DNA of 64,000 nucleotides from Myxococcaceae bacterium (GTDB lineage Bacteria; Myxococcota; Myxococcia; Myxococcales; Myxococcaceae): NCBI GenBank assembly GCA_044223505.1, contig JBGALX010000012.1, positions 26,174 to 90,173 of the forward strand, read 5' to 3'. Shown piece by piece: positions 55,742 to 64,000 of this stretch (position 1 is its first letter; each line of letters starts with the position of its first letter). The notes under the pieces were generated by a model. It saw only the letters and a program-made list of their open reading frames with translations, ran no database searches and was not told where the DNA came from. The position numbers and the translations under genes were made by a program.

Positions 55742-57568
55742 TCAGCCGGCGTCTTTGGCCGCGGGCGGCGCGGGGGCGGCCGGGCCTTCGGGGCCGAGGT
55801 CGACGTGGCTCAGGTCATCGTCCTTCGCGAACTCGCGGGCGAGGCGCGAGACCGAGCTCGGGTCGATCTTCGGCATCAGCACGAGAAAGGCGGCCTTCGT
55901 GCGCGCCTGCAGCTTCGCGTCGCCGAGGCGCTCGTAGCAGGTGAACAGCGCGAGGTGCACCTCGGGGTCGAACGGGTTCACGGCGAGCGCGTCGAGGTAC
56001 GCGTCGCGCGCCTTCGTCCAGTCGTTCTTGCGCAGCAGAATTCTGCCGAGGTGCACGCTGGTCGGGCCCGAGCCCGGGTGCATCGTGAGCGAGCCGCGCA
56101 GCACCTTCTCGGCCTCGTCGAAGCGCTTGAGCTCGAGCAGCGTGAGCGCGTACTTGTTCGAGATGCTCTCGTAGCGGTCTTTGACCACGTTCCACGCGAG
56201 CTGGAAGTGCTCGGCGGCGGCCTTGGCGCGGTTGTGCTCGCGCATCAGCTCGCCGAGGTGGGCCCAGCGGCGGGCGTCGACCTCTTCGACCTCTTTGAAG
56301 TCGCCGAACGAGACGTCCTTCTTCTTCTTCTTCTCGTCCTTCTTCTCGGCGCCGTCGCCGCCGACGAGCTCTTCCTTGCGCTCTTTCTGCGAGCGGGGAA
56401 TGAGCTCTTTGGGGAAGGGCTGCTTCTTCACGTGCGCGAGCCACGCCTTCTCGAACTGGGGGAAGGGCGCCTTGAACACGAACGCGACCGAGCGCTGGTC
56501 GCTCTCGCCGCCGGCCATCTGCTGGAGCAGCTCTTTGAGGCCCTTGCTGCCCTCTCTCTGAAAGAGCAGGTCGATGGCGAAGTAGACCTCGGCGAACGCG
56601 GTGGCGGCGTCTTCGGCGGTGGGGAGCAGCGCCATCGACGGGTGCATCTTCTCGAACGGCACGAGCGTGTTGCTGCGCACGCGCGAGCCGAGCAGGGCGA
56701 GCGTCGAGGGCGTCATCGCGGCGCCGTACGGGCCGCGCCAGCGCGACTCGAGGTACTTCGCGAGGCCCTCGTGCAGCCAGATGGGCACGGTGTTCCGGCT
56801 GACGTTGCTGACCGCGTAGTGCACGTACTCGTGCGAGACGGTGTCGAGCCAGTCGTAGCCGTGCACGAGCGCCTTCGGGCTCGTCACCATCAGCTTGTTG
56901 AACTTGCAGATGGCGATGGTGCCGGTGTCTTGAATCTGCTTCTTCGTGAGCGTCGAGACCTGCGAGAGCTCGCGGGCGTTCGAGACGATCTCGATGCGCA
57001 CCTTGCCCTTCGGCTTGAAGCCGAGGTCGGCCTCCATCGCCTTCGCCATCGACTCGAGCCCGTCGAGCGCCCACGGAGCCAGCACGGCGTCTTTGCCGGG
57101 CGGGTACATGAAGATGAAGTGATCGCTCTCTTGCTTCTCGTACTTCTCGGTGATGCGCGCGGTGTCTTTGACGAGCCTGAGCCACGAGCCGGGCTTGTCG
57201 CGCACGCCGGCGCCCTCGAGCTCCTTGATGGCCTCGGCGTAGCGGCCCTCTTCGAAGAGCAGCCGCCCGCGGAAGTAGCGCACCGGCTCGGTGTCTTTCG
57301 GAGCGACCTTCTCGGCCGCCTCGAGCTCGCGCCGCGCGCCCTCGATGTCCCAGTCGCTCAGGCTCTGCTCGACGTTCTGCAGCCGCGCCTTCGCCTCGCC
57401 TTTGAGCTGCGACGCTTCTTCGAGGTCTTCTTCGTCGCCGCTCGCCGCGAAGGCAGGCAGGGAGCTCAGGGAGGCGAATACCAGCAAGGGACAGGCAACT
57501 TTTCCGAACGCCCGCCGCAGCGAACGTCTCGGCCTGCGCTCGGAAAAGTAGCCTGTCCCTTTCCTCAC
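55742..57568 (-). CDS. TPR-repeat protein with HExxH zinc-metallopeptidase motif
   Basis: Signal peptide, the motifs SHEYVHYAVS and HEGLAKY, and TPR-like segments at both ends. The first 28 codons lie inside a large hairpin element. Confidence 0.6.
   Translation of the reverse strand: MRKGTGYFSERRPRRSLRRAFGKVACPLLVFASLSSLPAFAASGDEEDLEEASQLKGEAKARLQNVEQSLSDWDIEGARRELEAAEKVAPKDTEPVRYFRGRLLFEEGRYAEAIKELEGAGVRDKPGSWLRLVKDTARITEKYEKQESDHFIFMYPPGKDAVLAPWALDGLESMAKAMEADLGFKPKGKVRIEIVSNARELSQVSTLTKKQIQDTGTIAICKFNKLMVTSPKALVHGYDWLDTVSHEYVHYAVSNVSRNTVPIWLHEGLAKYLESRWRGPYGAAMTPSTLALLGSRVRSNTLVPFEKMHPSMALLPTAEDAATAFAEVYFAIDLLFQREGSKGLKELLQQMAGGESDQRSVAFVFKAPFPQFEKAWLAHVKKQPFPKELIPRSQKERKEELVGGDGAEKKDEKKKKKDVSFGDFKEVEEVDARRWAHLGELMREHNRAKAAAEHFQLAWNVVKDRYESISNKYALTLLELKRFDEAEKVLRGSLTMHPGSGPTSVHLGRILLRKNDWTKARDAYLDALAVNPFDPEVHLALFTCYERLGDAKLQARTKAAFLVLMPKIDPSSVSRLAREFAKDDDLSHVDLGPEGPAAPAPPAAKDAG
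57485..57566. repeat. Inverted repeat (23-nt arms) sharing the GGGACAGGCTACTTTT core with the 3.5-kb hairpin
   Basis: agggacaggcaacttttccgaacg ... cgctcggaaaagtagcctgtccc. Confidence 0.7.
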
Positions 57569-60500
57569 TTCACCAGCTCCTCGTAGTAGCGCTTCACCTG
57601 CTCCTTGTAGCGCTCGGGCGCGCCCTGCTTCATCGCGTCCATCACGTCTTTGCGCAGCTCGCGCGGCTCGCGCGACGGGTCTTCGTCGGGGATCTCGACC
57701 TTCTCGTGCTTGCTGCCGCCGTTCGGTCGCCGCCCCACCGGCATCGGCATGCGCCGCTTGCCCTGGCTCTGCTGCTGCATCGACTGCTGCAGGCCTTTCA
57801 GCGCCTCCAGCGCGCCCTGCTGCTCGGCGTAACCCTTGCCCGGCTCGCGGCCGTTCAGGCGCTGGCTCGCCTGCTCCATGTTCTGGCGCGCGCGGTCGAG
57901 CTGCCCTTCGGTCTCGCCGTCGAACACCGGCGCCCGCTGCTGAATCTCGTCCATCTGCTGCTGCAGGCCCTGCGCGCGCTTCTCGAGGGCGCGCTGTGAC
58001 TGCTCCTGGCCCTCGAGCTGCTGCCGGTCTTGCTCGGACATCTGCTGCGCGCCCTGCGGGAACAGCGAGTCGAGCTGGCGCTCGATGTTCTCGGCCTTCT
58101 GGGCGTCTGAGCGCAGCTTCTCGGCGAGCTGCTGGCTTCTGCGCCTCACCTCGGGGGGGTTGCCGAACAGCTCGTCCTGCCGGCGCTGGCCGTCGCCCTG
58201 CTCGAACAGCTGCTGCGTCTGCTCGGCGAGGTCCTTCGCGGCCTCGGCGGCGAGGTCGAAGTCGTCGGCCTTCAGCGCCGACTCGAGGTGCTGCAGGTCC
58301 TGGAGCGCGGCCTCGCGCGGCTTCTCGGCGCGCGAGCTCATCATGTCGGCGTCGAGCGACTGCAGCGACTGGCGCAGGGCTTGAGCCTGCTCGAGCACGC
58401 GCTGCTTCACCTCTTCGCCGCGGCGGGCGAGCTGCTCTTTCATGGCCTGGCGGCTCTTGTCGCGCAGGGCGCGGGTCTTCTCGCTGAGCTGCTCCTGCTC
58501 CTTGGTGACCTGGTCGAGGTTCTTCTGGAACTCGTCGAACTTGCGGGCGAGCTCGGGGTCCTGGTTCTCGTCGGCGGCGTCGGCGGCGGCCTCGAGGTCG
58601 TTGAGCATGTCGTCCATCTGCATCGACATCTCTTGCAGCTTGGCCATCGCCTCGTCGAGCTTGCCCTCGCGCACGAGCTTCTCGATCTCGTCGAGCTGGT
58701 TGGGGGCGTTGTCTTCGGCGAGCTCCTTGAGCGCCTCGGAGTTCATGAACTCGTCGCGAATGCCCTGGGCGAGCTCGGCCATGCGCTGGCTGAGCTGATC
58801 CATTCGCTCGCGCAGGGCGGCGATCTGATCGAGCAGCTTCTGCTTGTCGGCGTCGTTCGGCGACTGCTTGAGCTTCTCGAGCAGCTCGGCGAGCTCGCGG
58901 CGGTCTTTCTTGAGCTGCTCGGCGAGCTCCTTCAGGTCCTTCATCTTCACGCGGTCGAGCAGCGACTCGAGGTACAGCACGCTCTGCTCGGTCGACTTGA
59001 TCTCTTGCGAGACGACGCGCGACAGCTGCAGCGAGAACGACTTCGTCTGCGTGCTCTTCGAGAGGCGAATGTACTGCGTGCGGTGCAACGTGGTCTGGTT
59101 CACGTCGCGCTGCAGGGCGTCGCCGGCGTTCGTGAGGCCGGTGATGAGCTCGGTCGGGGCGTCGCGCTCTTTCGCGAGCTCCTGCGCGAGGTGCATCGAG
59201 TCGATGGCGAGCTGGTTGCCCTGCGCGTCGGTGACGGCGTTGCCGGCGATGACCGCCGGGGTCTTCGCCGGGTCGCGGTCTTGGGACTCCATGCGGTCGG
59301 CGAGGTGAACGACGTAGCGCTCCCAGAGGCCTTCAGCCTTCTTGAGCGCGTCGCGGCGGTGCTCGCTCGCGCTGTAGAGCTTCAGCGTCTGGGTGCGCGA
59401 GACGCCCGACTTCTTGCCCGAGACCTCGTCGTTGTCGGTGGCCTTGAGGCTGTACTGAACGCGCTGGCCGGGCACGAGGTGGAGCGCGCCGATGTCCCAC
59501 GTGTACTCGCCGCGGGTCGTGCGGCCGTCGTCGTGCTGCAACGGCACGACGGCCTCGGGCTGCCCGGGAATGCGCCAGGTCAGCTCGAGCTGCGAGAGAC
59601 CGTAGTCGTCGGCGGCCTCGTACTTCAGCGTGACGCTCTGCTTGTCGTTGTCGACCTCGAGCTCGTCGGGCGGGCTCGAGAGGTGAACGGTCGGCGGAGC
59701 GTCGGGGTCGACGCGCACGGGCACGTCGGGGCCCTCGGCGTCGACGGCGCGGCCGTCGAGGAAGAGGAAGTGGTAGTGCCCGGTGCGCTCGACGATGAAG
59801 GTGCCCTCGAGGTCGCGCCGGCCGACGAGCTTGAGCGGCAGCTGCTGGCCGTCGACGTCGATGGCGGCGGCCTCGATGTCTCTGTCAGCCCGGGTCTTGA
59901 GAGAGACCTCGGTGCCGGCCGGAGCCGTGACCTCGCCGTTGGTGCCCGCGACGGTTCTCGACGGGAGCCCCGTGTACGCCGGGTAGCGATAGGTCAGCTC
60001 GACGTCGCCGGTGATGGGCTCGCGAATGGTGGCGGCCTTGGGCGTCGAGCTGAACGCGAGGTCGAGGCCGGCCCGAATGCGCGTGCGCTGGGTGACGCCG
60101 AGCACGGTGCAGAGCACGAGCGAGATGGCGAGCACGAGGCCGGCGCGGCGGACCTGGGCGCGATCGACGGCGGCGAGCGGGTTCGCGACGGCGGTCTTCT
60201 GATCGAGCTGCTTGAGGAAGGCGCGGGCGAGCTCGGGGCTGAAGTCGTGGCGCTGGCCGAGCGACTTCGCGAGCTCGACGGCGGCGAGCACGTCGAGGCC
60301 GAGCTCGGGCATCGCGCGGCTGACGAGCAGCGCCGTGCGCGACTTGCTGCCGGCGGCCTGCCGCCACAGCGCGACGCCGCAATAGAAGAGGACGAAGAGG
60401 CCCGCGGGCACGGCGCCGAGCAGGAGCAGCCGGCCGGCGAGGGGCACGCGGGTGCTGAGCAGGGCGCCGAAGATGAAGAGCGGGAGCGCGGCGGCGGCGC

Positions 60501-60756
60501 CGAGCAGGGCGCCCTGCAGCCAGAGCGAGCGGCGCTGGGCGGCGCGTACGCGGTCGAGCAGCCGCTCGGTATGGGTGGCCTCTTCGCGAGGCGCAGGCGG
60601 GGGAGCCGACGGAGGCGATGTAGGTACGGGCTCGAGCACCGGGGGGATGACACCAATATAGAGGTGTGGCGGGTTGAACGCTCGGGCCGCGGGAAATGCT
60701 CCCTCCGGCCGTTTGGGGCTGCGCACGAAGCGCAATCGTCCGCCCACGAAGCGCAA
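57565..60756 (-). CDS. DUF4175-like large membrane/coiled-coil protein (Bat-operon-associated type)
   Basis: N-terminal TM helices, a long Gln/Glu-rich coiled-coil region, and a C-terminal RYKEQVKRYYEELVK. Start uncertain. Confidence 0.5.
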   Translation of the reverse strand: MRFVGGRLRFVRSPKRPEGAFPAARAFNPPHLYIGVIPPVLEPVPTSPPSAPPPAPREEATHTERLLDRVRAAQRRSLWLQGALLGAAAALPLFIFGALLSTRVPLAGRLLLLGAVPAGLFVLFYCGVALWRQAAGSKSRTALLVSRAMPELGLDVLAAVELAKSLGQRHDFSPELARAFLKQLDQKTAVANPLAAVDRAQVRRAGLVLAISLVLCTVLGVTQRTRIRAGLDLAFSSTPKAATIREPITGDVELTYRYPAYTGLPSRTVAGTNGEVTAPAGTEVSLKTRADRDIEAAAIDVDGQQLPLKLVGRRDLEGTFIVERTGHYHFLFLDGRAVDAEGPDVPVRVDPDAPPTVHLSSPPDELEVDNDKQSVTLKYEAADDYGLSQLELTWRIPGQPEAVVPLQHDDGRTTRGEYTWDIGALHLVPGQRVQYSLKATDNDEVSGKKSGVSRTQTLKLYSASEHRRDALKKAEGLWERYVVHLADRMESQDRDPAKTPAVIAGNAVTDAQGNQLAIDSMHLAQELAKERDAPTELITGLTNAGDALQRDVNQTTLHRTQYIRLSKSTQTKSFSLQLSRVVSQEIKSTEQSVLYLESLLDRVKMKDLKELAEQLKKDRRELAELLEKLKQSPNDADKQKLLDQIAALRERMDQLSQRMAELAQGIRDEFMNSEALKELAEDNAPNQLDEIEKLVREGKLDEAMAKLQEMSMQMDDMLNDLEAAADAADENQDPELARKFDEFQKNLDQVTKEQEQLSEKTRALRDKSRQAMKEQLARRGEEVKQRVLEQAQALRQSLQSLDADMMSSRAEKPREAALQDLQHLESALKADDFDLAAEAAKDLAEQTQQLFEQGDGQRRQDELFGNPPEVRRRSQQLAEKLRSDAQKAENIERQLDSLFPQGAQQMSEQDRQQLEGQEQSQRALEKRAQGLQQQMDEIQQRAPVFDGETEGQLDRARQNMEQASQRLNGREPGKGYAEQQGALEALKGLQQSMQQQSQGKRRMPMPVGRRPNGGSKHEKVEIPDEDPSREPRELRKDVMDAMKQGAPERYKEQVKRYYEELVK

Positions 60757-60839
60757 TCGGCAGGGGTTCGAGAAACCGGTTGCGGGGGGCCTGCGATGAC
60801 TTCTGCAAGGGGAAGTACTCCAGCCCTCAGGAGCCCTCC

Positions 60840-61583
60840 ATGGCGAACATCTCTCTCGGATTCACCGGTCCCCAGGTCAGCCAGCTGCAGCGCCAGCTCG
60901 AGGCCGCGGGCTACGAGCTCGGGGACATCGACGGCAAGTTCGGCCGGCGGACGAAGGCGGCGGTCGAGGCGTTTCAGGCCGCGCACGGCCTGCAGGTCGA
61001 CGGCGTCGTCGGCAGGAAGACGGCGGCGCAGCTGCGCGACCCGGGCGACACGTTTCAGCCGCAGACGCCTCCGTCGGGCAGCAACCGCGTGCTGTCGCCG
61101 GCCGAGCTGCGCGGCCTGAACAACACGCGGGTCGACACGCAGATGCCCGACCGCGGCTACGGCTTCCAGAGCTACTACCCGGCGAACCACCGCGTCGGCA
61201 CCGAGCGCACGGTCGAGACGATGAAGACGTTCGCGGCGCGCTACTTCGAGGCGACGGGGCGCACGGTTCGCATCGGCGACATCAGCGTGCGCGGCGGCGG
61301 CCCGATTCCCGACCACGGCGCGCACCGCAACGGCCGCAACGTCGACATCGACATGCAGTTCAGCGACGGGCGCACGGACATCGAGCGCGACCGCAACAGC
61401 ACAAACGCGACATGGCGCAGCCCGGCCTACGACCGCAACGCGACGCGCCGCATGATTCAGGAGCTGCGCCGCGTGAACCCGAACGTCGACATTCTCTTCA
61501 ACGACCCGGTGCTGGTGCGTGAGGGTCTGGTGCGGCCGCTCGCGAACCACGACAACCACATCCACATCCAGGGGCTGAACTGA
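60840..61583 (+). CDS. Peptidoglycan-binding domain protein with M74 (MepA)-like endopeptidase domain
   Basis: PG_binding_1 region (GDIDGKFGRRTKAAVEAFQAAHGLQVDGVVG). MepA-like His/Asp site HGAHRNGRNVDIDM and HDNHIHI. Confidence 0.6.
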   Translation: MANISLGFTGPQVSQLQRQLEAAGYELGDIDGKFGRRTKAAVEAFQAAHGLQVDGVVGRKTAAQLRDPGDTFQPQTPPSGSNRVLSPAELRGLNNTRVDTQMPDRGYGFQSYYPANHRVGTERTVETMKTFAARYFEATGRTVRIGDISVRGGGPIPDHGAHRNGRNVDIDMQFSDGRTDIERDRNSTNATWRSPAYDRNATRRMIQELRRVNPNVDILFNDPVLVREGLVRPLANHDNHIHIQGLN

Positions 61584-62416
61584 GCCGAGCCGCAGCCGCA
61601 GCGGGGCGCGAGCCGGCACGCGTAGTCGCCGCCGCCGGTGGGTGAGCACTGCTCGTCTGCGTTGCAGCCGCTGATCGCCGCGCTCGGGTTGCAGGGCGTG
61701 CCGGCGTCGGGAGCGGGTGTGACGGCGCCGGCGTCGAGCAGCACGGCGCCTCCGTCGCAGCGCTGAGGCGGCTCGCCCGTGGGGTAGGCGGCGCAGAGCG
61801 CGGCGGCGCTGGCGGGGTCGACGACGCGCCGCTGGCCCCGCGTCACGTTGCGGTACATCACCGAGGTCGGGTCCAGGACATAGTCGAGGCCGAGCGCGAA
61901 GCCGGTGCCCGAGGTGACGGCCGACTGCACGTCCCAGCTCAGGCCGCCGTCGTCGTTGGGGGTGAAGACGAAGCCCGCGGCGTTGAGCTCGAGGTCGGCG
62001 TCGCGCAGCTCGCCCGTGCGCGGGTCGAAGGTGACGCGCGGCGCGGTCACGGCGTCCACCGAGTGCTGCCAGCAGTGAAAGGTGTCGCCGCAGCTCTCGT
62101 CGTCGAAGCACGGGTCGAGGGCGGGCACGACGTCGCGGCAGAGGCGGTGGCGGAAGATGAGCGTCGTGCCGAGGCGGGTGCCGGCGTCAGAGACGCGCAC
62201 CGCGGGGGGAAGGTCGAACCCGGTGCAGGCGCTCAGCTTCGAGCGCCACTCGGCGAGCGCGCGGTCGATGGCGTCGTACTCGCCGGCGTCGGGGGCGTCG
62301 GCGAGCCAGCTGAACGTGCGCTGGCGCCACCACAGGCACTCGCCGCTGGCGAGCGCCCTCTGACGCTCGGCGGTCTGACCGAGCGCGAGGGCGGCGGCGA
62401 GCGCCAGCGGGAGCAT
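61457..62416 (-). CDS. Secreted Cys-containing hypothetical protein (possible MYXO-CTERM-like end)
   Basis: Signal peptide MLPLALAAALALGQTA. C-terminal CGCGS followed by hydrophobic and basic residues. 127-bp 3' overlap with the previous gene. Confidence 0.4.
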   Translation of the reverse strand: MLPLALAAALALGQTAERQRALASGECLWWRQRTFSWLADAPDAGEYDAIDRALAEWRSKLSACTGFDLPPAVRVSDAGTRLGTTLIFRHRLCRDVVPALDPCFDDESCGDTFHCWQHSVDAVTAPRVTFDPRTGELRDADLELNAAGFVFTPNDDGGLSWDVQSAVTSGTGFALGLDYVLDPTSVMYRNVTRGQRRVVDPASAAALCAAYPTGEPPQRCDGGAVLLDAGAVTPAPDAGTPCNPSAAISGCNADEQCSPTGGGDYACRLAPRCGCGSAQFSPWMWMWLSWFASGRTRPSRTSTGSLKRMSTFGFTRRSS

Positions 62417-63411
62417 CAGAAGACCGCGTCGAGGCCCGCGGTGAGGGTGACGTCGGTCGACAGGCGCTGAGGCGCCGGCGGCGGGGCCACCTGCGGCGGC
62501 TTCGAGTCGTAGTTGACGATGACGCCCGCCGTGAGCGCGAGGAACTCGGTGATGCGCGACGAGAGCTTGGTGGTGTTGTTGATGAGCAGGCGGCCGGCGT
62601 CGGGAGCGAGGACGTAGGGGATGAACTCGATCTCTTCCGAGAAGCGCACGTACTTGTTGAACGCCCAGCGGAAGTAGAGCCCGCCGCGCGGCGCGAGAAT
62701 CGGCACGCCGTAGGGGTCGATCGCGGTCGGGGTCGGGAAGTACTGGTAGCGCGTCTCGTAGCCGCCGCGGAGGCCGAGGTCGAGCTTGAGGAAGAGCTTC
62801 TCGAGGTCCGCTTCCTTGCGGTTCAGGAAGGTGAGGCCGACGCCGGCTTCACCGATGGAGCGGCTCTCGATGTTCTTCACGTGGTCGAACTCGCTGCCGA
62901 GCGTGATGAAGCTCGACGCGAAGCCCGAGCCGTACGCGCGCTCACCGCGCACCGTGCCGCCCGCCTTGCGCGCGGTGGTGGCCGAGGTCGAGGTCGGGTC
63001 GTTCGCGTTCGCGTTCGCGATGCCGTAGGCGGCCGACAGGCGCAGACCGAAGGACCACTTGTCCCACTTGCGATCCGCCTGGACACCGGCCGTGAGCACG
63101 AGGCTCTGCGTATTGCCCGTGATGTACGTGAGGCCGATGCCGGCGGAGCCCGTCCACGCGTCGGGCTTCGGCGGAGCCGCGGGCTCTTCTTTCGGCGCTT
63201 CCGGCGCGACGCTGTTCGCGAGGCGCTCGGCGGCGGCGGCCGTCTTCTCGGCGGCGACGGCCGCGCGCTCGGCGGCGAGCGCGGCGCGTTCTTCTGCAGA
63301 GAGAGGAGCTGCTGCGGGAGCTGGAGTCGACGTATCGGCTTGGGCGAGGAGGGCGGCGCAGAGGAGTAGGAGCATGATGAGCCGGCCCACTACTTTCGGC
63401 GCTCCCAACAA
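62416..63411 (-). CDS. DUF481-like outer-membrane beta-barrel protein
   Basis: Signal peptide; alternating beta-strand pattern; C-terminal aromatic residue (…GLDAVF). ATGA overlap with the upstream gene. Confidence 0.55.
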   Translation of the reverse strand: MLGAPKVVGRLIMLLLLCAALLAQADTSTPAPAAAPLSAEERAALAAERAAVAAEKTAAAAERLANSVAPEAPKEEPAAPPKPDAWTGSAGIGLTYITGNTQSLVLTAGVQADRKWDKWSFGLRLSAAYGIANANANDPTSTSATTARKAGGTVRGERAYGSGFASSFITLGSEFDHVKNIESRSIGEAGVGLTFLNRKEADLEKLFLKLDLGLRGGYETRYQYFPTPTAIDPYGVPILAPRGGLYFRWAFNKYVRFSEEIEFIPYVLAPDAGRLLINNTTKLSSRITEFLALTAGVIVNYDSKPPQVAPPPAPQRLSTDVTLTAGLDAVF

Positions 63412-63507
63412 TCACGCGAAATGTTTGCGCGAGGCGGGTCGACTTCGACTTTCCGCGCGTTGCGTGAATTTCGCGGGCTCGGACGACCGGCCCGGAGTCG
63501 CGGCCGC

Positions 63508-64000
63508 TCAGCCGTTGTTGCGCGCGCAGGAGCCGGCGGGGTGCACGAACAGCTCCGCGGGCTCGCTCGAGGCCTGGCCGTCGAAAACCACGAAGCCGAA
63601 CGAGACCGGCTCGTCGTCCTCGCGCCCTTCGGAGTAGTACACGAAGTCTCCCGTCTTCTCGTCGAGCTTCACGCGGCCGCGGCGCGGCTCGCTGACGATG
63701 CGGAACGTGAGCGAGCGGCTCTCGCGGTCGAAGCCGTGCAGGCGGCCCGACACGCTGCCGAGGCACGGCGCGGTCACGTGGTCGTCTTCGGCGACGGGGG
63801 CGTCGTTCACCGCGGCGATCGTCACGCTCACGGCCGCCTCGTTCGTGGCGCCCTTCTCGTCGGTGGCGCGAAACGAGAACGTGTCTTGCCCGAACCAGTT
63901 CGGCGCCGGGTGAAACGCGTAGATGCCCTTCGCGGGGTCGAGCACCTCGACGGTGCCGTGCGACGGCGGCTGGGCGAGGGCGTAGGTGACGGCGTCGAGG
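63508..64000 (-). CDS. Cadherin-like/VCBS tandem-repeat protein, 5'-partial (continues beyond window)
   Basis: AVNDAPVA and HGTVEVLDPAKGIYAFHPAPNWFGQDTFSFRATD are typical repeats. The frame stays open to position 64000. Confidence 0.6.
   Translation of the reverse strand, partial: LDAVTYALAQPPSHGTVEVLDPAKGIYAFHPAPNWFGQDTFSFRATDEKGATNEAAVSVTIAAVNDAPVAEDDHVTAPCLGSVSGRLHGFDRESRSLTFRIVSEPRRGRVKLDEKTGDFVYYSEGREDDEPVSFGFVVFDGQASSEPAELFVHPAGSCARNNG

Overview
This is a ~70% GC chromosomal window that I think comes from a myxobacterium. The main supports are three or four proteins with MYXO-CTERM-like C-termini, a Myxococcus-type Cys-rich repeat protein, PEGA-domain Ser/Thr kinases, an FHA-sigma54 activator and a TIGR02996/LRR protein. 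I call about 56 protein-coding genes. I found no rRNA, tRNA, CRISPR array or obvious transposase. Main gene groups:
- A Planctomycete-type heme (CxxCH) PSD pair with a DUF1501 partner at 1-3.5 kb.
- A signalling cluster of three eukaryotic-like Ser/Thr kinases (one fused to a cNMP-binding domain) with an FHA-sigma54 enhancer-binding protein.
- A BatA-like/DUF58 pair at 18-21 kb, and a MoxR AAA+ ATPase lying 9 kb away next to a 921-aa internally repetitive protein.
- An ECF sigma / anti-sigma pair.
- Many lipoproteins and secreted proteins that reuse (GGTAGG)n linker repeats.
- An orphan TadE/TadG-like trio plus a secretin-type pilus N-domain protein.
- A 1083-aa Cys-rich repeat lipoprotein.
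- A ROK kinase with a HAD-IIB phosphatase.
- A TPR-HExxH peptidase with a DUF4175-like coiled-coil giant.
- An M23 peptidase and an M74 (MepA)-like peptidase.
DNA-level features that the genes do not explain:
- A ~40-bp palindromic element family, CCTCTCCCCTCGTAGGGGAGAGG-GACAGGGTGAGGGG, with six copies, four of them in-frame inside coding regions (two inverted inside one kinase gene).
- A second palindromic family, GGGACAGGCTACTTTT, with two large hairpins.
- A 69-bp tandem duplication across a stop codon.
- Perfect 15-bp tandem repeats encoding the GGTAGG linkers.
- A G-rich tract.
Gene starts are uncertain throughout because of the high GC content. The long antisense Ala/Arg-rich ORFs in the six-frame track are treated as artefacts.
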